Source: Bugula neritina (taxonomy: Eukaryota; Animalia; Bryozoa). From it: DNA of 64,000 nt. Positions 41,301 to 53,800 of the stretch are shown piece after piece. A model generated the notes under the pieces. It was not told the DNA's origin, did not search any database, and was given only the letters and a program-made list of their open reading frames with translations. Location of the stretch: positions 4,536,698 to 4,600,697 of the forward strand of contig OZ037765.1 of NCBI GenBank assembly GCA_964035545.1. Direction: 5' to 3'. Within the stretch, counting starts at the first letter, position 1; each line of letters opens with the position of its first letter. Both the position numbers and the translations under genes were made by a program.

Positions 41301-43302
41301 ATTATAGAACAGTTCTGCTAGATCAGCTTCATAAAAGTCTACATTAAAACTCACTTATATGCTATTATCTAAATCTTTAGCTAATAGAACAGCTTTCTAA
41401 AAAAGAAAAGTAAATCCAACACAGCAAATAGTATACTAGTATAATATAATATGCTGTAAGCATTTCAGTTTTTCTCACCAACATAGAGAGGTGCCATCTT
41501 AGCTGAAACACTCTGGTCTAAGTAAGTTACTCCTAGTGAATAGAGACAAGTTCCACCAAACCCATTCAGAGCTTGTCCTAACAGTAAAAGGTAGAAATAA
41601 TTCTTGAGGAATGAACTGTCTTCACTCCCATCACAGTTGGTGCCAGAACTAGACCCTACAACGTATACAAATATAAATATAATGCTTACATTCAAAATTA
41701 GTCGTTAAAATTTTTCATTTCCATCGTAGCCTCAGTTCTCCCATACACATGCGGAGACAGATTCTTACCCTCAAGGTCACATGTCAATGAGGTTGCCGAC
41801 ACAGGTGCATAGTCCGGAGTGACAAAATGAGCCAGGGACATGGTGAAGCACCCCAAGCCAAGGGAAGCAACTCCTGCACCAAGATAGCGAGGTTGATGTC
41901 CAGTTCCTCCAAAGTAACCCACAAATACCACCTGTTTAAAAACAGCCAATGATAACAGCATGCTCCACAGACGAGCAGCTTGCCCAACCACTAATTGAAG
42001 AAAAGCAAAGAGGTTATTCATCAAGTAACTTAATACACAAGTCGCACTCTACTTGTAAAGCTCTCACTTTTCCGGAATAACTTGAAATTAAATTATGTGA
42101 TAAAACACCATATTCAGCAGTAACCACTAACCAACATGAATTCTACTTACAGTGATGCCAGCAGCTACATCATAGAAACTGGCAATAAATCCGGATTGTT
42201 TGCTGGAGAGGAGGTATCTCCTTTCATATGATGATATGTTGACATTGTTAATACCATTCACTGCAAACCCTAGAATATAGTATGTGTTACTCAGTAATAC
42301 CATTCACTGCAAACCCTAGAATATAGTATGTGTTACTCAGTAATACCATTCACTGTAAACTCTAGAATATAGTATGTGTTACTCAGTAATACCATTCACT
42401 GCAAACCCTAGAATATAGTATGTGTTACTCAGTAATACCATTCACTGCAAACCCTAGAATATAGTATGTGTTACTCAGTAATACCATTCACTGTAAACCC
42501 TAGAATATAGTATGTGTTACTCAGTAATACCATTCACTGTAAACCCTAGAATATAGTATGTGTTACTCAGTAATACCATTCACTGCAAACCCTAGAATAT
42601 AGTATGTGTTACTCAGTAATACCATTCACTGCAAACCCTAGAATATAGTATGTGTTACTCAGTAATACCATTCACTGCAAACCCTAGAATAAAGTACTGT
42701 TAAAGGTTGGTGGCATTTTTGATGTACTTAAGATAAATAATTGTGTTTTTCTTTTCTTCATTACTTCTTCAGCAATTAGATGTTAGAATTTGGACAAAAA
42801 TATTATGTTAGACATCTTGAAATAAAATGTGCTGAAACTAATTAAAATGTATTTTGACAAAAGATAGTTTTTCAAGACAATTGTTGAAAAAATGTTTGAA
42901 ATCATTTACTTAATACAGACTTGATTAGACCTCTTATTATTTTCTTTATTTCAATTTACAAATCTGACAGTTTTGACATTGCTATTGCATCCGCAACTTT
43001 TGGTTTGGTATATTTTGGTCACAATTTCAAAATGAAAAAATAAATGCTCCACAATAAACTTCTCAGAATTACACATTAAATTGTTTGATTCCCAGAAAAT
43101 GAGAAATACATAATCTGAACTAACCTTGAACAATGCTACACAAAGATATGATAACTAAATACACTTTGGGTGTAGCGAATCTCTGTAGGAACTCCGGTTT
43201 GCAGGAGCTGGTATAACCACATAATGTATCTACACTATGTAATTCATGTTCCTTTTTATTATAGTAATCAGCTTTCTCTCTGTGTTGCGGCGAGTCTACC
43301 AT
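35387..43302 (-). CDS. Solute carrier organic anion transporter (OATP/SLCO4A1-like), paralogue A, about 686 aa
   Basis: OATP signature [12 protein letters not shown], the motifs GFAVNG...ERRYLLSS and [12 protein letters not shown], the Kazal-like [30 protein letters not shown] and the C-terminal [17 protein letters not shown]...GSCWIY. 13 exons: 43125-43302, 42151-42269, 41769-41931, 41479-41655, 39988-40087, 39351-39469, 39125-39239, 38596-38741, 37872-38064, 37366-37525, 36281-36465, 35930-35994, 35387-35727; phases consistent. Confidence 0.93.
35703..35796 (-). repeat. 43-bp acceptor + exon-start duplication at SLCO-A last exon (2 AGs)
   Basis: AG|GTAGTTTACCTGGTCCTATAATATTC with AGs at 35728-29 and 35771-72. 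Confidence 0.9.
36071..36179. mobile_element. Short internally deleted MITE with ~30-bp imperfect terminal inverted repeats
   Basis: Left arm taagagtcattttactttatttagtacaca pairs with right arm tgtgtaataaattaagtaaaatgtttcata; same terminus as the element at 36604-37032. Confidence 0.6.
36604..37032. mobile_element. Foldback/MITE-like element with ~190-bp imperfect inverted arms and ~40-nt spacer
   Basis: 36604-36798 aligns along its length to the reverse complement of 36841-37032 (roughly 75-80% identity by eye); no coding capacity. Confidence 0.8.
37607..37812 (+). mobile_element. tRNA-derived SINE, full length
   Basis: A box TGGTCTAGGGG, B-box-like GGTTTGAACCC, conserved core CCATTGGTGATGTTAGGAAGAGCATCCAGTCATAATTGCTC and 3' end TTCTCACAGGGATGGTG; homologous copies elsewhere in the window. 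Confidence 0.88.
39751..40000 (-). repeat. 19-bp exon-end + donor array at SLCO-A exon 5, 13 copies
   Basis: Unit A(G/A)TCTCCCCCTAG|GTAAGT; AGT and AAT variants alternate (38-bp higher-order unit); frame-preserving donor at 39987. Confidence 0.95.
41142..41169. repeat. (AGC)n microsatellite
   Basis: agcaacagcagcagcagcagcagcagc, intronic. Confidence 0.85.
42249..42690 (-). repeat. 46-bp acceptor + exon-start array at SLCO-A exon 2 (10 AGs)
   Basis: Unit CTGAGTAACACATACTATATTCTAG|GGTTTGCAGTGAATGGTATTA; AGs every 46 nt from 42270 to 42684. Confidence 0.97.
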
Positions 43303-43879
43303 TGTTTATAAACCTGGTGATTGAAAACACAAATAATAATATTGTACAAGCTATCATATACGAACAAGAATTTAGCACAATTTTACTTCACTGGAACAGG
43401 ATAATACAAAAGAAATAGAAAAAGAAGAAAAAACTTTCATTTAGTAGTTAGTGTCACAACTTCAATATGGTTACACAGGATTCAACATGAAGCAATATCA
43501 GTCTGAATCAGGTTTGAGAATATTTTCTTTCGTGTAACAAATTGACAGTCTTTTTATAGTCGACACAGAGTTTACCTGAGTCATAGTACTCACAACTTGT
43601 ACATGAAATATTACTTGACTGTGTTATTAATAAACAGGTTGCTGAAATGCAGTTGCTGGTAGCTTGTACAGTACCCTTAGCAGTGTAAATATTAAGGTGG
43701 TAGCTGACTATAGCCCTTATAATATAAGAACAAAATACATAGATGTATCATGGCTGAGAGAACATTGTAGCTTTGTTGCGGAGATTAATCTGGATCTGGT
43801 TCACACTCTGGCATGGTGCAAGAGCTATACAATTCACAATAAACAAATCTTCATCCCCCAGGTTCCATGGAAAGGGGTC

Positions 43880-44405
43880 TCAATAGTATACATATGTCCT
43901 ATAGTATGCTTGTTTTATAGTAGGTATATCTCATAGTATATACCTAATAGTATATATATGTCATAGTCTAGGGAGCAGCCGAGGTCTAGAGGTTAGAGCG
44001 TTTGCCTAGTAAACATGAAGTCATGGGTTCGAGCCGACAAAGGCCATTGGTGATGTTAGGAAGAGCATCCAGTCATAATTGCTCTTGTGCTTCATCTGAA
44101 TAAGTCTTTAGCCCGATTTAACAAAAAACTCTTTCCATCAGGGGTTTCTCACAGGGATGGTGACTATAAACTGGCATCAGTGAATTTTATATATGTCATA
44201 GTGTGTATCCCATAGTATATATCTTATATAAAGTATGTCCTGCAGTATATGTGCTTCATAGTATATACATCTAATAGCAAGTATGTCCCTTAGTATATAT
44301 CTTGTAGTATGTATGTCCTGCAGTATATGTGCCTCATAGTATATACATCTAATAGCAAGTATGTCCCTTAGTATATATCTTGTAGTATGTTGGTTCCCTT
44401 AGTAT
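43880..44405. repeat. Degenerate ~16-18-bp minisatellite (catagtatatgtgtcc-like) interrupted by a SINE
   Basis: Recurrent tagtatatat/atgtcc motifs on both sides of the SINE, including a near-exact ~80-bp duplication within 44232-44390. Confidence 0.7.
43970..44187 (+). mobile_element. tRNA-derived SINE, full length
   Basis: AGGGAGCAGCCGAGGTCTAGAGG...GGTTCGAGCC head, same core and tail as the other copies; flanked by tatatatgtcatagt at 43953-43967 and 44188-44202 (possible TSD, but inside a minisatellite). Confidence 0.9.
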
Positions 44406-45493
44406 GCTGATATCTTGATTGTACACTCACTGTGTTTTCAACTAGCAAGTGTTTTATCCTTTTTTAAAATTAAGTATATACTAAAGACATTTAAAAGTGA
44501 CTAATTAAACCTGTTCAGCTAATAGCTAATTGAATTAATTTCAATTTCTTTCATTCACCCATCAAAACTAATACTGCTACACTTACTATTAGTAAATCAT
44601 TTTATCTAATAGTACTACTAATCATTACAATAATATTTATTAAACTTACTTACAGTAACTATAATATTTATATTGGGTCTTAATTTATATCAAGCAGTAA
44701 GTTTGAGTCAAAGAAAAGTCAAAAGATACTAAATAGATAGTAGTTAGGGTTTAGCCATTTCAACTTCAACTAAAGCTACACATATAAATGAGAATATCAC
44801 AAAAATGCGTAATCTAAATTTTTATTTATATTTACTGATCTGGTCTTACCATCACCATGACTATGACTATGCCACATATGAAATATTATTTAGTACTTAG
44901 ACAGGTGTCATCACTAGTTAAAATTAACCATAGAATTAGATGCTCTCATAGTTACTGCCAAAATTTAAGTTAAGGTAATTGTTACTGCTACAGTCACATT
45001 CACATTGAGTTTGACACTGAAGTCATTCTTAGACTCAAAGTGTAAAATTAATTGATTAATTTAGTAGTTACGGAGTTTCTATCAAATTGAAGTTAATCCA
45101 ATAGGATAGGCTCATACAGCAACAGATAATAAAACAAAACTCTTTAACTTCTGCAGCAAAATTATTCATACTACCATTAGCATTAGTCTAAATATAATCA
45201 TATTATTGTTGAAAATGGGTGTTAAACTTTAATAATTTAGTGGATAACCACTTCAACACAACTATTTTACTAAAAGTAAAAGTAAGGTAAACTTAATTAC
45301 TTGATTAACTTAATCATTGTAAAAAATAAAGTGGGGCAAAAGTTTAGCAACAATTTTTAAGTTGCTGCAAGAACTGAAAACTATCTGCAATGTCCTTAGT
45401 TTGTTAGATCGTAGATAAATTATTGTTAAAATAACGTATTATTTTTAATGTTAAGCTAATCATAATCATAATTCCAGGGATCGATACTTATAT

Positions 45494-45765
45494 GACCAAA
45501 GTATGACCAAGGCTCGAGAACAGCTAAATATAGAAACGTTGGAGTCACATAAAAAAATCAAGCCGTATAAAGTTACTACTTCAATTCCTAGCTAATGAAA
45601 ATGTCTGTCCTAAAATTGATAATACCTTCCAAGAACTAACAAATTGTCCATCTATGCTAACACGTAACATGTCCAGACATATGCCTCGTTCATTACCAAC
45701 AAATTCTAACATATGCTTTAATAGTTTCCGTCTTAGGACAATAAGAGACCTTAGAATCTCTGAAG
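45494..45765 (+). mobile_element. Decayed 3' end of a non-LTR retrotransposon ORF2 (CR1/L2-like clade suspected)
   Basis: With one frameshift it translates as DQSMTKAREQLNIETLESHKK/SSRIKLLLQFL...TRN...CFNSFRLRTIRDLR, resembling the recalled post-RT tail S(V/I)T...L.W.TLE.RR...SFFPRTIRDW of such LINEs. No database check was possible. Confidence 0.5.
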
Positions 45766-46868
45766 TCACACATTCATAACACTCCTCCGTGAAGGTCTTC
45801 TCTTCCCTCTCGACACAGCACTCAACACAGATACAGATACAGAAACACGAACTGTAAGTCAATCATTAATCTTAAGTTAAGTAGTTCTACTTTCATGTTT
45901 ATGTTATGTAGTTACAGTCACTAAGTTACACTATTACTATTAGTATTACTGTTACCATTAGTAGTAGTCGATGTAGCAGTAATAGTAGTAGTAGCACTAG
46001 TAGGTAGCAACTATCAATTATAACCAGAATTACCAAGTCTAACAAGCAACATCAATATGAATTCATGATTGCAGTCTACTCCAAGTCTAACTCATGGCAC
46101 AATCATAATAGCTTTATCATAATGGTAATCATTTACATTACAAACTGTTATTATGATAAACTTAAACTTAATCACTGTTCACTTAAAATTAATGAGTTAA
46201 ACTTAAAGTTGAGCTAAAAAGTAAAATTTAAACTTAACGTAAAAGTTTAACATTAGGATTATCATCATGATCATGATCATTTTAATTGTTATACACAATA
46301 TGAATAACATTATCGTGATGATGATTAATTTTGATTTATTATATTATTTAATGATAATGTTCATCAGTAATATTATGATTCAGATTATGATTTCTACGAT
46401 TATCATTATGATTATCATCATTAAGATTATTCCCAACTTCAACTCGAACTTTCACTTGGTTTTTTAGTTTTACCTTTAGGCTAGCTCTTACTTTTAAGCT
46501 TACCCTTAACTTCAAGTTTTACTCTTAGCCCTTAGGCCCAGGGTTTGGTTTAACTTTACTTTTACTAGTTTTAGGTTTAAGTTTATTTTACAGTAACACT
46601 AACACTAACAGTAATGAGTAATAGTAATATCCATAGTTTATGTCATTGTTATGAGTAGATTGCCATCATACTACTATTTATAATTGATGGTTGCTACCAA
46701 GCAGATTTTATTTGTCATATTATACGCCCTAAAGGCTAAAGCCACTGTATATTTGTTACCAAGTTTTAAAATACCCAGACACTGACAGACAGGCCTTGGA
46801 AACTACTATTAATAACATTGGTACCGGAAAAGGTAGCAAGATTAATTGGATTCGCGAAGAGCTAAAGT

Positions 46869-46881
46869 TGACCTTTGACCG
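46869..46881. promoter_or_regulatory. Candidate DR1 nuclear-receptor element between the divergent SLCO-A and SLCO-B genes
   Basis: TGACCT-T-TGACCG, one mismatch from the TGACCTnTGACCT DR1 consensus, next to ACCGGAAA at 46823-46830. Confidence 0.35.
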
Positions 46882-47267
46882 GTAACAAGTTATCCCTCTT
46901 AAAATATTATTTTGAGTAAGACAACTCATCAATTATACTAAAATAATCCATAATGTAACATCATGAGTAATATTCCAGAATAAATCTTTCAAATGCAACA
47001 TAAAATATAAAAGACTCAAATAATTTTAAAATAATGCATAAAGTATTTGCATCAGTACACTTATAAACTTTAAATATTAATTAGGTGAATTTAAAATGGA
47101 ATGTCTCCTAGTAATTATAATAAATTATGATGGAGCATTATATGAAAATTATGCATTCTAAATCTGTGTCTAAAATTTTGCTTAACTTATTTTAAGCTGC
47201 ATTAATGTTAATATATATACTTTTCGCGGGGACATGCTTACATTTGTTATCTTAATTTTAAGAATCT

Positions 47268-47298
47268 ACACACACACACGCACACACGCACACACACA

Positions 47299-47330
<32 letters not shown>

Positions 47331-47339
47331 CACACACAT
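47268..47339. repeat. (CA)n/(CGCA)n compound microsatellite
   Basis: Direct reading. Confidence 0.95.
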
Positions 47340-47872
47340 ATTAAAATAAATAAACAAGAAAAACTTCTTGTTAAATCGATTTATTTATCTAAATATGACC
47401 CTCTTAGAACCGGTCTTCAACAGTAGCTTTCTAATTCAAACAGTTTTTTTTTTCTAATTTTAGCATGGTCTCTATAAATAAAATATAACAATATTATTAT
47501 GTGCTACCAAAGCCCTGCATGCTCTCTGTTTACCCTCACACTTTATCCGAACAAAACGTGTTTATGTTGACAGTGTATGAGTATAATATACTGTAGCATA
47601 CTTGGGGCTGGATTCAAGCACGCTGTACGCAATGTTATAATCTTCAGCAAGCATCCCTTTCAAATCTTGTTGATTCATTGGTCAACAGAGCTTAGTAACC
47701 CACTAACAAAGTGCTCAGTGACACAGCTGTACTGACCCCGGATTACTCACTGAATCATTTCAAATTAGCCGAGTGGTAATGAATGATTAACACCGTAACA
47801 TGGCATGATCACGCTTACTTGTCTGCTAGTAACCAATCTGTTTATTGAGTAACTGCACTAGCTGTGATAATA

Positions 47873-50800
47873 ATGGCAGACGAACAACGTTCCACTTCTT
47901 CTACGCAAGAAACAGACGTTTTAGAACCGGATATCTCTTGCGGCTACACAGAAACCTGCAAGCCGAAGTGTCTGCAGAAATTTGCCAACCCTAAAGTTTA
48001 TCTGATGATAATATCGCTGTGCAGTATTATACAAGGTGAGCATCAGATTATTTTGAAGGAAATTAGTATATTTAGAGTATTTAAACCAATTTTTTTAACA
48101 TAAACACAAAGCCATTTCCTTCCTTGATTATATTTTTAATTGCTTACAAATACAAAGTTTCAAATAGCAAAAAATAGACTTGGTTCTATCAAATATAAAA
48201 GAACAATCAATTAAGGCAGTTTCTTCCTCAACCCATATTTCAAATTGAAAATTAAAATCTTATGGCAATAGTATGTATTAGTTGCTTATAAAGCTCATAA
48301 TTCAATTATTTTAAAATATTTTGCTGCAATTATTGACTAAAACTTATACCTACAGGCTACATGACGAGAAGTTTCCAAATGAACCCTTTGACCTTTTATT
48401 CTATTTAGTCTTGTTAGAACAAACTATTCTATAACTTTTAGCAAAAGCTGATATGCCTAGTAAATTAGTTGAAAGATTCTCATCTCAACCTGTTCAAACT
48501 GCTGTCTAGCAACTAGTTACTACACAAGTTAACTCTTATAATCACAGTGAATGGTATTACTGAGTAACACATACTATATTCTAGGGTTTGCAGTGAATGG
48601 TATTACTGAGTAACACATTCTATATTCTAGGGTTTGCAGTGAATGGTATTACTGAGTAACACATACTATATTCTAGGGTTTGCAGTGAATGGTATTACTG
48701 AGTAACACATACTATATTCTAGGGTTTGCAGTGAATGGTATTAACAATGTCAACATATCATCATATGAAAGGAGATACCTCCTCTCCAGCAAAAACTCTG
48801 GTCTGGTTGCCAGCATGTATGACATAGCTGCTGGCATCACTGTAAGCAATTTTACATACATAATAATATATACATACATGATATATATACATTATTGTTT
48901 TGTTTTCAATTTTTATTAGTTTACTAGTATTTAACCAGCTGCTAATTATATCCAGCCTATAACCTATTATATTATTCATATTTTGTTTTACAGAGCAGTT
49001 TGAAATCCTTCATGTCGTATATAATAATATATTATATTATGTGGGTATTATAATGTATGCTAAGTGTTCCTTTTATAAAAGCAATATAAACTCAGTAGAA
49101 GTTATGATATGAGCGACAAAAGACATGCTAAATTGTTGAAGTATTATGCAACTCTAGAAATTCTAATGATTAGATCAGACTTAATTTTGTTGTTGGAAGT
49201 TCAAATATTCGTGAAAAAATATTTTCACAAATTTCATTGTGTACATCTTTCATTACCGCATAGAAGATGTCCCACATTGCACAAACACCGAATTTGGTGT
49301 CTACTCCCGATTTATTTCAGTCCTAATTTGTATTTAAATAGTTTTAGTGTTTTATCTCAAATTGTGTGGCTTTATAGAGATTCTTCTCTCATTAGAATTT
49401 CCATGTCACTATAGTCATTAGTTTCATGTTGTAATAAGGAAGTTGAGCAGTGCATGTGCCCAAAGTGCTTGCCAATAGTGAAACCAAAATTTGAAACATC
49501 TCAAAAATGCAACTGACAAGTTCCGATACTTGGAAAAGCAAGTACAAAAAACTTGAACAATTGAAGTAGGTGCAGTAATGGAGAAATTGAGAAAAGCACG
49601 TGTTCTAAATTAGAAATGTAGCAAAAGAAATGTATTAAGATAATTAAAGAACTTTCGCTATTAAAATTTCTCTACTACTGCACCTAAATGTAGCATTTTG
49701 TCAACATCGTAATATCTTTTCAGCTCAATACTTTGATTAAATATACGGATGTCCTCAATGGATTCGCATGAGCAGCAACAGTTATCCTTTAATATTGATT
49801 TTGACTTGCTGAATTATATTTCTCTCAGTATTAAATCAGGTGGTGTTTGTGGGATATTTTGGAGGAACTGGTCATCAGCCTCGCTATCTTGGTGCAGGAG
49901 TTGCTTCCCTTGGGTTGGGATGTTTCATCATGTCAATGGCTCATTTCACGTCTCCTCCTTACCAACCAGCGGCAGCGGGGCTGACGTGTAACTATAACAG
50001 TAGGTGCATGTCATTTATACACTACTACACTCCTTGCTGTCATCTATACACCACTGCACTCCTTACTGTCAGCATTTCATCTAAACTCTATTACACCCTT
50101 TGCTTTCATTTAGACTCTACTACACCCCTTGTTGTCAGCATGTCAGCTAGGCACTACTACACTCCTTGCCATCAACTGAGCTATTATTTACTTTCTCTTC
50201 TTATAAAAACATCAAACATCATAGTTTTCAATATCCATTTAACCTTTGATATTAAATTACCTCTAATAGAATATTCAATTCTTATAAATGTAGCAATAAA
50301 ACAATATTGATTGGATTGAGTTGAGTTGAACTTCATGTTAACTGTAACCCCCTTCGGTTGGCTGGCTATGAACTACACACTAACTTCTTTGAAGTTCTAT
50401 TTTTTGATTTAGGAGTCAAATTTGTGACAGATGGCTTTTGTATTTTCCAAATATTTGAAGAATGCTTTACTTCACCTACTTTTGCTAGTTTCCACAATAA
50501 CTACAGTATGAACTCTGTAAGCGACATTAGAATGACTAAAGTAGTGTAAGTGATATTCCCAAGACAACAGTTTAAAAAGTAAGCCATAACAGCTTAACTA
50601 CAGCTGCTTTTCTCTTCAACATACCAGGAATATAGCATTGCTGTTGCCCACATATAATATGTTATGCCCATTATATGTTTCACTCAACAGTAAAATCATT
50701 TAAAGGTTCTATTTCTGGCGCCAACTGTGCTGGGAGTGAAGATGATGCATTTCTCAAGAACTACCTCTATGTTCTGCTACTGGGACAAGCTCTGAATGGG

Positions 50801-53800
50801 TTTGGTGGAACTTGTCTCTATTCACTAGGAGTAACTTACTTAGACCAGAGTGTTTCAGCTAAGATGGCACCTCTTTATATTGGTGAGAAATTTTCAATAT
50901 CTACATTATAATGTACTAATTTTATAACCTGCCAGTGATTTACTGTAAAGTTCAACAGTCCTTTCTATAACTATGCTAGTTTGTAGGTTATGGGATGATT
51001 GAAATATAACTATATAGTTTTAATTCATTGGTTGAGACAGTGAAATTTAATTACTTTGTCCTTATTCCAATAAGCTGGCTATTGACTTAAATTATGTAAC
51101 AAACAAATAACAAAGAAGTAGCTCAAGGCTCTGGAGGTTCAGCTAATCAATAAAGGAAAAATAATTTATGACACACTTCAATCTACTCCATCCAATGTGC
51201 GCATGCAGCCACTTGATTATACCATGAGGGTGGGGTAAAACTTGAGTGCTTTGTGAACATCAGGACAACTAATTTCATGAATGCCTAAAGTAGCTTATCA
51301 ATATTATGTATCAGTATTTTATTATTATATTTGAGGTAAAGTGGCAAACTCTAAACGTGATTGAGATTGAAACAGTTGGCAATAAACTAGAAATGGATTA
51401 GATATACCATTTAGCTATGCCATGCTTGAAAGTATAACATTCAATAGTGTAGTCTGTGATGTCACTTGCAATCTATCGGGCCATCAGTTTTGCACACAGA
51501 GTGTTATATTACTTAATTAGATGAATTGCATACACCATCCTCTTGTAACAATACTGTTCTATATTTGCCTAGCTTGATCACTAAAATATTGCGTAATGCC
51601 ATTCACATACAAGCTATAGTAAGCGTCCATAGCTGCTAGTGATGAAATAGAGTTTAGTCATGCCATCTGGCTTTGGTTATTCTAGTTCTTCCTTCAAACA
51701 TGTGACACAATGTTTTGAGTCCAGCTGTGAATCAGTTTGATTATAGTTGTTGTTGAGTTGTTCTACTTTTCCTATTTGCTGCAGCACAAGAATATTATTT
51801 GGTTTCTTGGAACTTTACCAACTCTAAAATGCATTTAAAAATATAAAGAATACACCTAGTCAAATAATGCTATTAAATTAGATGATGAATTTGGCTATGT
51901 TGTTATTTTGGTAAATTGGGCTAATTAATTGTATTAGTAAATTTGGTGAATTAAATTTGTTAAGAATGGCAGGCCATGTCCAGTTGCATTTTTATTAGTT
52001 AGGAAGTTAAATTTTTACTAACTGCTGACTAGCATAGCTATGTGCTGACTGCTTGCAGTGTTGACAGCAAGAAAGGGATGTAATAAACTCTTAGTTGTTT
52101 GCATAAGAGGTTTGAACATAGAAATTGAAATAGATTCATCTGGCCTTCTACTTACTACTATTTGTTATTATCCACTTTTATATCTCATATAATATACAAA
52201 GTTGATAGCCTGGTGTATAAATGAGTGGTTTGTGCACTTCTATTAATCCTGTATCCACTTTAGGTATCATGAGTGCTTCATCTATACTAGGACCTGCTGT
52301 CGGATATATACTGGGTGGATCCTTATTGAATATATATGTAGACTATCCCAAGTCTCCCCCTAGGTAAGTAATCTCCCCCTAGGTAAGCAGTCTCCCCTTA
52401 GTAAGTAATCTCTTCCTAGGTAGGTGGTGTACCATTTAATTATCCCAATCGCCCCCCCCCCCTCCCCACTTAGGTAAGTCCAGTTTGAAATCAAGTTTTT
52501 TTTAACATTTTTTATTTTCAAACAGCAAGCTTTGTAAACAATATTTCAATATGTAACACTAAATAGCTCAATTAAGTCACTGCAGTTATCTTACACTTAG
52601 TTGAACTATGATGGTGTTAGCAATTTGCACATTCTTTAATTAGTTCCATGTTTAATTGTAGGTAGTCGTAGTTATATATATATCAATTATTGCGAATCAA
52701 ATGATTGCCTGCAAGTACCTTATGATACGTCATAATTGAATAATATTTAGTAACTATATAACATTTAGTATAAATATTTTGTGGCTAATAACACATGATG
52801 ACCTTGTAGTAGGAGTGTGTGTTGTGGTCCATTCATCTGGTGCATTCATCAGATTAGTTGCCAGGGTACTGGTCAGCGTACAGGGTAAATATCTTGTTAC
52901 AACAGTCGACCTATAATACTGGTCTATTGAACTACTAGAGGCTTCACAATGCTATTGTGCATACCATGCCTTTCTAACAATATCAAATGTGTATTTAAAT
53001 AGCCAAGGCATTGGAGACCCTAGTTTGTGCAGATTTGGCTCTTTGGACAGCTGCCTAATTTCATCACTTGTTAGTTGTATTTAAAATCGGCATGTTTAAA
53101 CTTGCTCCGAATCAAGACACTTGACTCCAATAAAAAAGGATATAGCAAAATCATGATTATACTTGAGATATGAAAAGTCTCACACAATATTTTGTAAACC
53201 TATTCATTTCTGACTATTATAATTGTTTTCAAGAATTCAAAAATTTAGTACACCAGTTAAGTTATTATCCCACCAAGTATTTTTATATTCTTATAATATT
53301 TCCTGCTTGTAACTAAAATAGAGTTTTAAACACTAATATTATATAATATAGGAAGATATGATTTAATCTTCATACTATATTAATATTCACTTTTGCTTTC
53401 ATCTATCATAGAATTTACTTTTCTAGTCATGAAATTTATTACATTTTAGTCACACAATAAGTACATCTACAGCTTGTTCATAATATGAAAATGCTAAAAG
53501 GTCTCCACACTCAATAATAACTAAACTAATGTATTTGGTGATAACAATATGCACTGTCTGCACTACAAGTTTTTAACCTCTGAGCTGGTTTAAAAATCAA
53601 ACTTTTTACACTCTCATTGGTGGTTTTCTAAATCACTATGACTAATTCATTGCTAAACCATCAAACATAAATCACATAAGAGAAATTGAAGAACAATAGG
53701 AAAAAAAATAAATTACTGCACACTAGTCCCTAAGTATTTTAGTTGACATCAGCTGGTAGTATAGTTTTTCAAGACTCAAAAACTGCTAACAAATTCATCT

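Noticed and set aside
46267-46467. Ile/Met/Asn-rich ORFs in low-complexity regions (also 27879 and 59264)
   Set aside because: They are by-products of ATT/ATG/AAT-rich low-complexity sequence.
51430-51800. Possible decayed piggyBac-like transposase remnant on the minus strand (YNQT...ARWH...AAMDAYYSLY fragments)
   Set aside because: It needs several frameshifts and stops and no terminal repeats were found; it cannot be supported without a translated search.
52830-53130. Possible degraded LINE reverse-transcriptase fragment on the minus strand
   Set aside because: Only vague similarity across broken frames; a tBLASTx or Dfam search would be required.
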